64,000 nucleotides of DNA. Source: Vulcanimicrobiota bacterium. Its GTDB lineage: Bacteria; Vulcanimicrobiota; Vulcanimicrobiia; Vulcanimicrobiales; Vulcanimicrobiaceae. Below are positions 32,023-42,397 of the stretch, piece by piece. The DNA is taken from positions 1 to 64,000 of the forward strand of contig CAVRQT010000001.1 in assembly GCA_963723515.1 (NCBI GenBank), read 5' to 3'. Made by a program: the position numbers and the translations under genes. Positions within the stretch are counted from its first letter, which is position 1; each line of letters begins with the position of its first letter. A model generated the notes under the pieces. That model saw only the letters and a list, made by a program, of their open reading frames with translations. It was not told where the DNA came from and made no database searches.

Positions 32023-33423
32023 ATGGCGAGCGTCTACATAGAAACGTTCGGCTGTCAGATGAATGAGGCCGATTCGCAATACATCGCGCGACGAGCGCTA
32101 TCGGCCGGGTATACGATCGCGGCGCAGCCGCATCACGCAAGCGTCGTGGTCCTCAACACGTGCACCGTCCGCGAGCATGCCGAACGCAGGGCTTACGGTC
32201 GCATGGCGCACTTAGGCGTCCTGAAATCTGCGAACCGACACCTCAAGCTTGTCGTTACGGGATGTCTCGCCGAGCAAGATCGAGATCGCATGCAACGTCG
32301 CATGCCGCACGTCGATGCGGTGTTTGGAACGAGCGAGCTTGCTTCGCTCGGTGATGCGCTGACGACTTGGCGTTCCGATTTTGAGGAGACTGAGACAACG
32401 CAAGTGCAAGAACTGCTGGAACCGCTCGGCGGTCAAGCGGATTGCATCACGGATCGGTTCACCGATTTGCGCGCCTTCGTCACGGTGCAGCGCGGCTGCT
32501 CGTACTACTGCACGTTTTGCATCGTCCCGCACGTACGCGGCCGTTTCGACCATCGGCCAATGGTGGACATTCTGAGCGACGTGCGGGAAAAGGTGCGCGC
32601 AGGCGCGCGGGAGGTTATGCTTGTCGGCCAGACCGTCAACTCTTATCGCGACCCTTCGGGCGCCGATTTTGGCACACTCGTGCGGGCCGCCGGGAGCATC
32701 GCAGGACTAGAGCGGCTGTCGTTTATCTCGCCGCACCCCAAAGATTTCACCGACAAGATCGTGCGCGATCTCGCGGCTGTGCCGCAACTGAATCCGCGAC
32801 TGCATCTGCCGCTCCAATCAGCAAGTGATGGCGTTCTGCGCCGCATGAACCGCAAGTACACGCTCGCGCAATATGAGGAGAAGCTGGCCCTCTTCACGGA
32901 GCATTTACCGAATTGGGCGGTCACGACGGACCTGATCGTGGGCTTTCCCGGCGAAAGCGATGCGGATTTCGAGCAAACGCTGCATTTTTGCGAGCGCGTG
33001 CAGTTCGCACAGGCGTTCATGTTCATCTACTCGCCGCGCCAAGGAACTCCAGCGGCAAAGTGGGAGCAGGTGCCCGCTGAAGTGAGCGCCGCGCGCTTCA
33101 AGCGGCTGACCGACGCGCAAAATGCGGCGACTGTTTCATACCATCGAAAAAAGATCGGCACGCGCGTACGCGCATTAATCGTCGGACCGTCGAAGAAAGA
33201 CCGTACGAAGATTGCTGCCAAGACGACCGACAACGTTACTGTCATCGCGGCGCAGCCGCCCAACTTCGATCCTGCCGAATACGCTGCAACGCCTTGGCTC
33301 GATATCAACGTCGATGCGGCGCACGTCTGGGGTTGCCAAGGCGTTATCGTGCGCCGCGCCGAGCGCTACGGCGAAAACGGAGTGTTCGTGCCGTCACCGG
33401 CGCTCGATTTGATCGCGCTCTAG
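32023..33423 (+). CDS. miaB: tRNA methylthiotransferase MiaB
   Basis: TFGCQMN, NTCTVRE, CSYYCTFC, TTDLIVGFPGE, YSPRQGT. Confidence 0.92.
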   Translation: MASVYIETFGCQMNEADSQYIARRALSAGYTIAAQPHHASVVVLNTCTVREHAERRAYGRMAHLGVLKSANRHLKLVVTGCLAEQDRDRMQRRMPHVDAVFGTSELASLGDALTTWRSDFEETETTQVQELLEPLGGQADCITDRFTDLRAFVTVQRGCSYYCTFCIVPHVRGRFDHRPMVDILSDVREKVRAGAREVMLVGQTVNSYRDPSGADFGTLVRAAGSIAGLERLSFISPHPKDFTDKIVRDLAAVPQLNPRLHLPLQSASDGVLRRMNRKYTLAQYEEKLALFTEHLPNWAVTTDLIVGFPGESDADFEQTLHFCERVQFAQAFMFIYSPRQGTPAAKWEQVPAEVSAARFKRLTDAQNAATVSYHRKKIGTRVRALIVGPSKKDRTKIAAKTTDNVTVIAAQPPNFDPAEYAATPWLDINVDAAHVWGCQGVIVRRAERYGENGVFVPSPALDLIAL

Positions 33424-33437
33424 CATTCAATCAGAAG

Positions 33438-33446
33438 TTATCCACA
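33438..33446 (+). promoter_or_regulatory. Consensus DnaA box upstream of mutS
   Basis: TTATCCACA in the miaB-mutS intergenic region; single copy. Confidence 0.4.
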
Positions 33447-33512
33447 GCGAACCCAACGAACCGTGCAGCTTGTGCGCAGCGCAGCCTGCACTGAGCGACG
33501 TCGAACTGTAAG

Positions 33513-35981
33513 ATGACCGCCTACTCGCCGATGCTCGATCAGTATTTCGGAATGAAAGCGCGCCATCCGGAAGCGCTGCTGCTCTCGCGCGTAGGCGATT
33601 TCTACGAAGCGTACGGTGAAGATGCGGAAACGGTCGCGCGTGCGCTCTCAATTGCACTGACGTCGAAGGAAGCCGGCGGCGGGAAACGCGTTGCGATGGC
33701 GGGGGTGCCTCACCATGCGCTCGCGCAATACCTGCAGCGGCTTGTCGATCAGCGTTGGATCGTCGCGCTTGCGGAACAACTCGAGCTCCCTCAACCGAAC
33801 AAGCTCGTGCGGCGGGACGTCGTGCGAATCATCACGCCCGGAACGCTCATTGAAGAGAATCTCCTTGACAACAAACAAGACAATTACTTAGCCGCCGTCA
33901 CGCTGACCGGCGACACATTCGCGTTGGCGTATGCGGATGTCTCAACGGGTCGTGCCGCTGCAACGGCGCTCGACGGGGACGATGCCTACGATGAGCTGCT
34001 CGCGGAAATGGAGCGCATCGGTCCGGCGGAGATCGTTGCCGATGTGCCTGCCGGCGTGCGGGCGACGATGACTTCGTCGCTCGAGAGCCTTGGTGCGCGC
34101 CTCGTCACGCCGGGACTTTCCGCAGTCGAGCAGCGCGAGCGTAAGGCGCTGGCCGGTTTTTCGCTTGACGCGTCGCTCGCCATGCATCAGGCGCTTGACG
34201 CACTGACCGCGTTCGTTCGCAAGACCGGCGTTACCGCCGGCGATGCGCTCTCGGCGCCGGAGTATTACCGTCGCCAAACCTTCTTAGCGCTTGACGCGCA
34301 CACGCGCAAGAATCTCGAGCTCACGCTCGCGCAAGGCGCCAACCCTAAGGCGTCGCTCCTTGCAACGCTCGATCGTTGCGCGACGTCGATGGGATCGCGA
34401 ATGCTCTCGCGTTGGATTTCGGCGCCGCTTATCGACCTGGCCCAAATTACTTCACGAGCCGACTGCGTCGAGGTCTTGCTAAACGAGCCGGTGAGACGCG
34501 AGGCGATCCAGGAGTTGCTGCGAGGTTGCTTCGACCTCGAGCGCATTGCGCAAAAAGTTCGTTTCCGGCGTGCCGGCCCGCGCGATCTCGTTTCGCTGCG
34601 GCGCACGCTCGAAGTCATGCGTCCGCTGCGTTCCGTGGCGCCGCCTCCGCTGATTTCATGCGTTGAACGGATCGGCGCGTTCGACGACGTTCTGGAGCTC
34701 TTGCAGCGTGCCATCGTCGATGACCCGCCGGTTCAGGTCTCGGACGGCGGCGCGATTCGTCCGGAGTTCGACGCCGAGCTTGCCGAATGCGTCGCCTTGC
34801 GAAGTGATGGCCGAACGAGGCTGAACGAGCTCGAACAGCGCGAGCGCGAACGCACGGGCATAAAGTCGCTCAAGGTTCGGTACGCGAGTGCTTTCGGCTA
34901 TGCGATCGAAATTTCGCGCGCGAACCTTGGCGTCGTCCCGCCCGAATACGTGCGCAAACAGACGCTCACATCCGGCGAACGATTTGTCACGCCGGAGCTA
35001 AAGGAACTCGAGATTGCAATATCGAGCGCACAAAGCCGGCAGTCGCGCCTCGAGCAACGGCTCTTTGACGAAATCGTGGATCGCATCGCTGTCGGCGTCG
35101 CAGATCTTCTGCGCAGCGCCGATGCGGTAGCACAGCTCGACGTGATTTGTTCTCTCGCACAATGCGCTGCCGAGCGCGGCTACATTCGGCCAACCTTCCG
35201 TAACGAGAGCCGAATCGAGATCGCGGAGGGCCGCCATCCGGTCATGGAGCCGATTTTGCGCAAGGATTTTGTGCCGAACGATTTGCGACTCGAAGAGGAC
35301 GACCAACGCTTCATCGTCTTGACCGGTCCCAACATGGGCGGCAAATCAACGTATCTGCGTCAGACGGCGCTGCTGGTCATCATGGCGCAGATCGGCTCTT
35401 TTGTACCGGCAAAATCGATGCAGCTCGGCATCGTCGATCGCATCTTCACGCGCATCGGCGCCGGTGACGACTTGGCATCGGGTCAATCGACGTTTTACCT
35501 GGAAATGGCGGAAGCGGCCGGAATCCTACGCCGCTGCACGTCGCGCAGTCTGCTGCTGATCGATGAAGTGGGTCGCGGAACTGGAACGGTTGACGGTCTC
35601 TCGATCGCGCAGGCAATCTGTGAATTCTTGCTGAGCTTGGAAGATCAAGCGCCGATGGTGCTCTTCGCGACGCACTTCCACGAGCTCGTGACGCTCGCGA
35701 CGCACCACAGCCGCGTCGTAAATTTTCATTTGACTGCCGTCGAAAGCAGTGCCCACGGCGTTCCCATCTTCTCGCATCGCGTGCTGCCGGGAAGCTCATC
35801 GCGGTCGTTCGGCATCGAAGTCGCGAAGATGGCCGGCTTGCCGGATGCCGTTATCGACCGCGCTCAAGAAATCTCCGATGCGCTTTGTGGACGCCCAGCC
35901 CTCGAAGAGCAAGTACCGCTAAAGCGTAAATTGGCGAAGGTCGTGCCGCCTGACCGTCAGCTGCATCTCTTGAGCGAGTGA
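33513..35981 (+). CDS. mutS: DNA mismatch repair protein MutS
   Basis: GDFYE, TGPNMGGKST, DEVGRGT, FATHFHE. Confidence 0.97.
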   Translation: MTAYSPMLDQYFGMKARHPEALLLSRVGDFYEAYGEDAETVARALSIALTSKEAGGGKRVAMAGVPHHALAQYLQRLVDQRWIVALAEQLELPQPNKLVRRDVVRIITPGTLIEENLLDNKQDNYLAAVTLTGDTFALAYADVSTGRAAATALDGDDAYDELLAEMERIGPAEIVADVPAGVRATMTSSLESLGARLVTPGLSAVEQRERKALAGFSLDASLAMHQALDALTAFVRKTGVTAGDALSAPEYYRRQTFLALDAHTRKNLELTLAQGANPKASLLATLDRCATSMGSRMLSRWISAPLIDLAQITSRADCVEVLLNEPVRREAIQELLRGCFDLERIAQKVRFRRAGPRDLVSLRRTLEVMRPLRSVAPPPLISCVERIGAFDDVLELLQRAIVDDPPVQVSDGGAIRPEFDAELAECVALRSDGRTRLNELEQRERERTGIKSLKVRYASAFGYAIEISRANLGVVPPEYVRKQTLTSGERFVTPELKELEIAISSAQSRQSRLEQRLFDEIVDRIAVGVADLLRSADAVAQLDVICSLAQCAAERGYIRPTFRNESRIEIAEGRHPVMEPILRKDFVPNDLRLEEDDQRFIVLTGPNMGGKSTYLRQTALLVIMAQIGSFVPAKSMQLGIVDRIFTRIGAGDDLASGQSTFYLEMAEAAGILRRCTSRSLLLIDEVGRGTGTVDGLSIAQAICEFLLSLEDQAPMVLFATHFHELVTLATHHSRVVNFHLTAVESSAHGVPIFSHRVLPGSSSRSFGIEVAKMAGLPDAVIDRAQEISDALCGRPALEEQVPLKRKLAKVVPPDRQLHLLSE

Positions 35982-37654
35982 TTCAGCTACTCGATCAGCA
36001 GACAATCGGGCAAATCGCCGCCGGCGAGGTCATCGAACGGCCGCTTTCCGTCGTCAAGGAGCTCGTCGAGAATTCGATCGATGCGCATGCGGCGCGTGTC
36101 GACGTCAGCATCGAGGAAGGCGGCCTGACTTCGATCCAAGTGCGCGACGACGGCGATGGTATTTCGCCGGAGCAACTTCCGCTCGCCGTCCGACGCCATG
36201 CAACGAGCAAGTTGCATGCAGTCCTAGACCTTGAATCGATTCGTACGCTGGGTTTCCGTGGCGAAGGGCTCGCGAGCATTGCCGCGGTTGCGCGAACGCG
36301 CGTGGTGTCGCGCACCGGCGGCGCGCAAATTGGTGCTGCGATCGAGGCGTTCGGCGAAACGATCGGCGCCGCTCGGCCGGCTGCCGCGGCGCCCGGCACG
36401 ACCGTTGAAGCGCGCGACCTTTTCGTCAACGTGCCGGTCCGTCGTGAATACTTGCGCTCGCCGGCGGCAGAGTTTCGTCGCATCTCGAGTTGGCTCGCGA
36501 CCTTCGCGCTTGGATATCCAAGCGTCACCTTCTCATTGACTCACGACGGCAAAGCGGTTTGGATCATGCCGGCCGCGAGAGATCCACAGCAACGGCTTCG
36601 CGCCGTTTTCGGTAAAGATGCGGCAACGCATCTGCTGCCGCTAAACGGCGATGGCGCGCGCGATCTGCAGGGCGACGTTTCCGGCTTTATCAGCGCACCA
36701 GGTCACGACCGGCTGGATCGACGGATGCAACTGCTCTTTGTCAACGGCCGGCTGTTGCGCAGCACATTGCTGGCAGGCGCATGGACCGCGGCATACTCGA
36801 CTTTTGCAATGGTGGGACGCAATCCGTACGGTGTGCTCTTCTTGAGGTTGCCCGCCGACCACGTCGATGCAAACGTGCACCCGACAAAGAGCGACGTCCG
36901 ATTGCGTTTCAGCCGGCACGTCTTCGAATCAGTGCGTCGCGCCCTTTCCGCGACATTGCGCTCGAACGCGAGCGCATCGTTTCGAAATGCCGTTTCGCTT
37001 GCGCCGGATGCAGTCGACACCAGCCTCGCCCACCTGCAGACGCTTTTCGAAGCTGCGCCATACGATGAACAGCAGCCGAGCGAATACGCCGGCTCAGCAA
37101 GGAGACGAATTCTGGGCCAACTTGCCGAGACGTACATCGTTGCCACGGATGGACGCGCATTGATCCTCGTCGACCAACATGCGGCTCACGAGCGCATCGC
37201 CTACGAAACCATCGTGGCAAACGCAAGGAATTCGAGCATTGCCGAGCCGTTGCTCGTTCCGCTGACGTTCGAACTGAATGCCGAGCAGAACGAATCGCTC
37301 GAAAACGCCGTGCCTCTGCTTTTCGAAGCCGGCCTCCAAATTGAAGAATTCGGCGAACGGTCTTATCGCATCGTCGCTACGCCGGCAGGTTACGGCGCCC
37401 GCGCGTTCGATCTCCACGGTTTTTTGGGCGATCTGCTTGCGGCGCCCGCAGGAAGCGACGTGCGCGAGCGCGTTTGGGCGTCTTTGGCATGCCACTCCGT
37501 TACGCGCGCCGGCGAGCGGCTGGAACCTTCCGAAATGTCAACTTTGATCGAACGGTTGCAACTGTGCTCCAACCCGATGCACTGCCCGCACGGTCGCCCA
37601 ACGGTCGTGCGGCTCGATGACGACGCACTCTCGAAGTTATTCAAGCGGATCTAA
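35978..37654 (+). CDS. mutL: DNA mismatch repair endonuclease MutL
   Basis: AAGEVIERP, GFRGEGLAS, DQHAAHER, CPHGRP. Confidence 0.97.
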   Translation: MIQLLDQQTIGQIAAGEVIERPLSVVKELVENSIDAHAARVDVSIEEGGLTSIQVRDDGDGISPEQLPLAVRRHATSKLHAVLDLESIRTLGFRGEGLASIAAVARTRVVSRTGGAQIGAAIEAFGETIGAARPAAAAPGTTVEARDLFVNVPVRREYLRSPAAEFRRISSWLATFALGYPSVTFSLTHDGKAVWIMPAARDPQQRLRAVFGKDAATHLLPLNGDGARDLQGDVSGFISAPGHDRLDRRMQLLFVNGRLLRSTLLAGAWTAAYSTFAMVGRNPYGVLFLRLPADHVDANVHPTKSDVRLRFSRHVFESVRRALSATLRSNASASFRNAVSLAPDAVDTSLAHLQTLFEAAPYDEQQPSEYAGSARRRILGQLAETYIVATDGRALILVDQHAAHERIAYETIVANARNSSIAEPLLVPLTFELNAEQNESLENAVPLLFEAGLQIEEFGERSYRIVATPAGYGARAFDLHGFLGDLLAAPAGSDVRERVWASLACHSVTRAGERLEPSEMSTLIERLQLCSNPMHCPHGRPTVVRLDDDALSKLFKRI

Positions 37655-38555
37655 TGCGGGCGTCCTAGTCCTTGCCGGCGTCACGGCATCGGGCAAGACA
37701 GCCTTGGCGACCGCATTAGCGCGACGATTCAATGCGGAGATCATTGGAGCTGACTCGCGGCAGATCTATCGGGGCATGACGATCGGGACAGCGGCGCCGA
37801 CTCCGAGAGAGCGTGCGGCCGCGCCACACCATCTGATCGAAATCATCGAACCGGGGGAGCGATACTCCGCGGCGCAATTTAGCTATGACGCGCTGGCCCG
37901 CATCAACGATATCCACGCGCGAGGTAAGCGCGCGATTGTTGCGGGCGGCACCGGCTTCTACGTACGCGCACTGACCGGCGCGGTTGCGCTTTGCCCACCG
38001 GGAGAGCCGGAGGTCCGTGAACGGCTCACAATCGAGTCGCGACTGCACGACGCTGCGTTCTTGCATGATTGGTTCTCGTTGCGCGACCGCGCAAGGGCCG
38101 CTCTGATTGCGCCTCAAGATCGCTATCGCGTTTTACGTGGTCTCGAGATAGCGTTGATGCGAGGTCCTTCGCGACCGTCCCCGCGCGCCGTCTCGCTCCT
38201 TACGGCTGGGATACCGTTCGCGAAAGCGTTCATTGACGTTGACGATAGACTGCTGGAGCAGCGGATCGAGGGACGCGTTGATGCGATGCTCGCTGCCGGT
38301 TTCATCGAAGAAGCAGAACGCGTCGGTGCGCAAGCCGTTGCTGCATCGGCAGTCGGTTATCTGCAGGCGCTCGCCTATTTGCGGGGATGGTCAACGTTCT
38401 CCGAACTCCGTAAGAACATCATCCGCGCAACGCTCCGCTACGCGAAGCGCCAGCGAACGTGGTTTCGCAGTGAGCCGCAAACGATATGGTTGCGAGGCGA
38501 CAATCTGCTTTGCGACATCGAGAAATTGGCAAGGGAAAAACTCGGATGGGCATGA
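37617..38555 (+). CDS. miaA: tRNA dimethylallyltransferase
   Basis: GVTASGKT, ADSRQIYR, GGTGFY, YAKRQRTWF. Confidence 0.95.
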   Translation: MTTHSRSYSSGSNAGVLVLAGVTASGKTALATALARRFNAEIIGADSRQIYRGMTIGTAAPTPRERAAAPHHLIEIIEPGERYSAAQFSYDALARINDIHARGKRAIVAGGTGFYVRALTGAVALCPPGEPEVRERLTIESRLHDAAFLHDWFSLRDRARAALIAPQDRYRVLRGLEIALMRGPSRPSPRAVSLLTAGIPFAKAFIDVDDRLLEQRIEGRVDAMLAAGFIEEAERVGAQAVAASAVGYLQALAYLRGWSTFSELRKNIIRATLRYAKRQRTWFRSEPQTIWLRGDNLLCDIEKLAREKLGWA

Positions 38556-38827
38556 AGGCCGCTCGCATGGCCGCGACCAATGCGCCGCGCGCGTTGCCCT
38601 TGCAGGACGGTTATCTCGCGGAGATCCGGCGTCTCAACGTTCCGGTGACCATTTACTTAGTGAACGGGTTTCAACTGCGCGGTATCGTGAAGGGATTCGA
38701 CGCCTTTACGATTCTGCTCGAATACGAGCGGAAGACGCATCTGGTCTATAAGCACGCCGTTTCAACTGTGTCGCCGCAAAACGCATTCACTCCGAACGGA
38801 GCGGCCGAACAAGCGCCGCAAACTTGA
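38552..38827 (+). CDS. hfq: RNA chaperone Hfq
   Basis: LQDGYL, IYLVNGFQLRG, VYKHAVST; follows miaA. Confidence 0.95.
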   Translation: MKAARMAATNAPRALPLQDGYLAEIRRLNVPVTIYLVNGFQLRGIVKGFDAFTILLEYERKTHLVYKHAVSTVSPQNAFTPNGAAEQAPQT

Positions 38828-39618
38828 AAGTGCTCGTGCCGCTGACGAAGCTGCACGGCACAGGCAACGACTTCGTGCTCATCGATGGCCGCGAGCGGCA
38901 GTTCAAAGACTATGCAGCTCTCGCGCGACTGCTGTGCGACCGCCGCATGGGCGTCGGAGCCGACGGCCTGCTTCTCCTCGAACCTTGCGAAGAAGCGGAT
39001 GTCCAGATGCGGATTTTCAATCCGGACGGCTCTCAAGCGCAGATGTGCGGCAACGGCATACGTTGCGTCGCGGCATATCTGCATGACCGAGGCGGGCCGC
39101 CGAACCTTCGCATTGGGACGCTGGCGGGGACGATGTTAACGCAAACCACGAACGACGGAGATCGCAACAGCGTACGCGTGAGCCTTCCGCCGCCGCAGAT
39201 TGAAAGCGCGTTCTCCGATTCAGCGCGCGTCTTTGTGCGCGTTGGAAATCCGCACGTCGTGCTCTTCGTTGACTCGCTGGATGCGGTAAACCTAGCGAGT
39301 GCAGCTCCGGAGATCAGCGCGGCGATCGAAGGCGGCGCAAACGTGCATACGGTGGTGCTGCGTAATCGCAATCGTCTAGAAGTACGGCATTGGGAACGCG
39401 GCGTCGGCGCGACGCTGTCTTGCGGCACCGGAGCGGTCGCGGCGGCTGCCGCCGCGATCTATCGCGGCGATGTGCAATCGCCGGTCGAAGTCATAGCACC
39501 GGGCGGAAAACTGACCGTCGAGCGGGACCGCAACGGTGAGACCTGGTTGACGGGTGAAGCGGTGCGAGTCTTCGATGCGGCGATCGAACTGCCCGAAGAA
39601 ATCGCCGGTGCGTTGTGA
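38824..39618 (+). CDS. dapF: Diaminopimelate epimerase
   Basis: HGTGNDF, MCGNGIRC, GNPH, WERGVG.TLSCGTG. Confidence 0.95.
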   Translation: MKVLVPLTKLHGTGNDFVLIDGRERQFKDYAALARLLCDRRMGVGADGLLLLEPCEEADVQMRIFNPDGSQAQMCGNGIRCVAAYLHDRGGPPNLRIGTLAGTMLTQTTNDGDRNSVRVSLPPPQIESAFSDSARVFVRVGNPHVVLFVDSLDAVNLASAAPEISAAIEGGANVHTVVLRNRNRLEVRHWERGVGATLSCGTGAVAAAAAAIYRGDVQSPVEVIAPGGKLTVERDRNGETWLTGEAVRVFDAAIELPEEIAGAL

Positions 39619-40820
39619 TTGGGCTCGCTTACTGCGATGCGAAGGGGCGCATTTTCTTCGATCCCGATTGTGAGCCGCTGGCTGACGGCGGCATCGTGCG
39701 CCGAGCGCGCCTCGATGAGCTGATTCCCGCGCCGGCCGGAACGATGCCGATGCTCTTACCGGGCCGTCCGCCTTCCGTGGTTGGATTGACGAAACGGAAC
39801 GAGTATGCGCTGGCCGTCGCGTTGCCGGCAGGCTACACACGGCTGCTTTTACCGAGCTATAGTAAGGAAGTCGGCGCAGCGGCGCTGCCGCTCTTCGGGT
39901 ACACCTTCGCGTGCGTCGTGGATGACGGGCTGCACGTCGCGGCGCTGCAGACCGATGAAGCCGAGGATTGGCAGCCGCGCGCATTTGGAAGCGGCGAGCT
40001 CGAGCGGCTGATCGACCAGCGCATTGCGCTCGATCCCTCAAACCAGGTATTGCAACAGCTCGCGCTTTGTGCGCGCGATTATGGCTGCTTCACGGCGCAG
40101 AACGTCTTTCTTCGGCGTGGTGAAGCCGCGCTGCCGACTTCACCGAGGTGTAACGCACAGTGCGTCGGCTGCATCTCCGAACTCGCGAACGATCGCGGCG
40201 TTCCAGCGCCGCAAACACGCATCGCGTTCGAGGTCAGCACGCAAGAGCTGACGAGAATTGCGATCGAACATTTGGAAGCGGTTCCTGACGGCATCGTTTC
40301 CTTCGGGCAAGGCTGCGAGGGCGAGCCGCTGCTGCGCTCGTTTACGATTGCGGCCGCAATTGAAAAGATTCGCGGGCACGCTGCAAGCGGCATCATTAAC
40401 ATGAACACGAACGGCAGTCAGCCGAGTGCGCTGCGCCGTTGCATTGATGCCGGATTGCAGGCGGTTCGCATCAGCCTAAATTCCTTTCGGACGCAGGTGT
40501 ACTCCGCGTACTATCGGCCGCAAGGCTACACGCTCGATCAGGTCTTGGAAAGCGTTCGGCTTTCCGTCAACGCCGGATTGCGTGTGTCGCTGAATTATCT
40601 GACGCATCCCGGCGTGACCGACGACCGCGCCGAAGTTGAAGCGGCGCATGATTTCTTGCGCAGCATACCGGTGGACATGGTGCAAACGCGCACGCTGAAC
40701 ATCGATCCCGAATGGTATTTTGAAACGGTCGGACGTCCCGAGGAGCCGCTCGGGATGCGCTACGCGCTCGAAGCGCTGCGCGATTGCGTTCGACTCGGGA
40801 ACTTCACTCACACGCACTAA
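39615..40820 (+). CDS. Uncharacterised radical SAM protein
   Basis: CNAQCVGC motif, SFGQGCEGEP, MNTNGS. Confidence 0.85.
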   Translation: MIGLAYCDAKGRIFFDPDCEPLADGGIVRRARLDELIPAPAGTMPMLLPGRPPSVVGLTKRNEYALAVALPAGYTRLLLPSYSKEVGAAALPLFGYTFACVVDDGLHVAALQTDEAEDWQPRAFGSGELERLIDQRIALDPSNQVLQQLALCARDYGCFTAQNVFLRRGEAALPTSPRCNAQCVGCISELANDRGVPAPQTRIAFEVSTQELTRIAIEHLEAVPDGIVSFGQGCEGEPLLRSFTIAAAIEKIRGHAASGIINMNTNGSQPSALRRCIDAGLQAVRISLNSFRTQVYSAYYRPQGYTLDQVLESVRLSVNAGLRVSLNYLTHPGVTDDRAEVEAAHDFLRSIPVDMVQTRTLNIDPEWYFETVGRPEEPLGMRYALEALRDCVRLGNFTHTH

Positions 40821-40822
40821 GC

Positions 40823-41917
40823 GTGACAGCATGGGCGATTGCGCTTTTCGTTCTGGCGGGCATCGTAGCGCGACTCGTTGCGCCGCACGCATTTTCGGCG
40901 GCCCTCGGGCCGCTCGTGCTCGTTATTTTCTTACCGGCGTTGCTCTTCGATGCCGCATGGGATCTGCAGTGGCAATTGCTGCGCAAGCATTGGAAGCCCA
41001 TCGTCATGCTTGCCGTACCGGGCGTCTGCGTCACCGCAGCGATCGTTGCGGCGGCATGTTGGGTGGCCGGCATACCGATCGCGCTCGGTCTGCTGCTTGG
41101 CGCGGTCTTGAGCGCGACGGATCCGGTGGCGATCGTTGCGCTGTTCCGCCGTCTTGCCGTCTCGCGCGCGCTTTTCACGATCGTTGAAGGGGAAGCGCTC
41201 TTCAACGATGGCGTGGCGGTCGTTTTGTACCGCGCGGTTTTGGCAGCGATCGCTCTTGGCGCAGGCGCTGGTCAGGAGTTGACCATCGCTGCCCAAGCAA
41301 TCGGTGGAACGTGCATCGGCATCGCAATAGGCGTCATAACGGCGCTGCTCGCCGGTCGCATGCTGACGCGGACGACCTCGGCGGGTCTACGGATCATCGC
41401 GACGCTCTTCTGCGCCTACGCGACCTACTTCATCGCCGACATGCTGCATGCGTCCGGGATCTTTGCGACGATCGCCGCCGGCATTACGCTGGCGCACTCA
41501 GAGCAAGGTGAACCGTCGTTTTCAGTCGACGAGCAGGTCGACCGCTTTTGGACTGCGTGTGCCTTCATCGCCAACGCCGCCTTATTCTTCTTGATCGGGG
41601 CGACACTCGATCCGCAAGCCGCATTGCGTCAGCCATATGTTGCGCTCGTTACGCTGATCGGGATCGCCGTTGCGCGCATCATTCTCGCGTATGGGTTGCT
41701 GCCTCTCAGCCTGCCGGGTTTGACTCGGGGCTGGAAGCTCGTGGTCGCAGGCGCGATGGTGCGCGGCGCCTTGTGCCTCGCGCTCGTCGTCGACCTCCCC
41801 AGTGCGCTGCCCTATCGAGGGATTCTCATCGACGTCACCTTTACGGTCGTTGCGGTGACGCTTGCGGCGATGTTTCTCTTGCTGCCCGCGATTGTGCGGC
41901 GAGAAAGCGTCTCCTAA
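40823..41917 (+). CDS. CPA1-family cation:proton antiporter
   Basis: LPALLF, SATDPVA, EGEALFNDG, VRGA. Confidence 0.88.
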   Translation: MTAWAIALFVLAGIVARLVAPHAFSAALGPLVLVIFLPALLFDAAWDLQWQLLRKHWKPIVMLAVPGVCVTAAIVAAACWVAGIPIALGLLLGAVLSATDPVAIVALFRRLAVSRALFTIVEGEALFNDGVAVVLYRAVLAAIALGAGAGQELTIAAQAIGGTCIGIAIGVITALLAGRMLTRTTSAGLRIIATLFCAYATYFIADMLHASGIFATIAAGITLAHSEQGEPSFSVDEQVDRFWTACAFIANAALFFLIGATLDPQAALRQPYVALVTLIGIAVARIILAYGLLPLSLPGLTRGWKLVVAGAMVRGALCLALVVDLPSALPYRGILIDVTFTVVAVTLAAMFLLLPAIVRRESVS

Positions 41918-41947
41918 AGCGGGCCGAAGCGGCCGAAGCTTACTCCT

Positions 41948-42391
41948 TCAGCCGGCGTTCGTTGAAGCGTAGCTGGTCATCGCCTGGACATGGTCGTTGA
42001 TGATCTGCAAGATGATTTCGGTTGAGGAGATGACGGTTACAGGATCTTCCGGATCCAGCGATTCGAAGATCATCTTGTTGCGCGGATTGTTCACGCGTGC
42101 GATGCAACGTGGCTTGTTCGGTTGTTTTTTCGCAATCAGGACGACAACGAGATTGTCTTCGTCGTCGCCGGTATCCGCAACGACCAGATCGGCTCGCGCG
42201 ATGCCGGCTTGCGCGAGCACTTGTGGGTCGCACCCGTCTCCCACAACCGTAACATCGATCTCCAGCAGCTGCTCGAGTGCCTTGGCCTTGCGCGGTTGCT
42301 TCTCCACGACGACGATTTCGTGACCTTGCTGCAGTAGCGCGCGGGTGAGATAGGAGCCGACTTTGCCGCCGCCGACGATCAAGATGAACAT
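41948..42391 (-). CDS. TrkA/KtrA RCK-N domain protein
   Basis: IVGGGKVG, GDGCD, TGDDEDN. Confidence 0.88.
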   Translation of the reverse strand: MFILIVGGGKVGSYLTRALLQQGHEIVVVEKQPRKAKALEQLLEIDVTVVGDGCDPQVLAQAGIARADLVVADTGDDEDNLVVVLIAKKQPNKPRCIARVNNPRNKMIFESLDPEDPVTVISSTEIILQIINDHVQAMTSYASTNAG

Positions 42392-42397
42392 CGTTCG

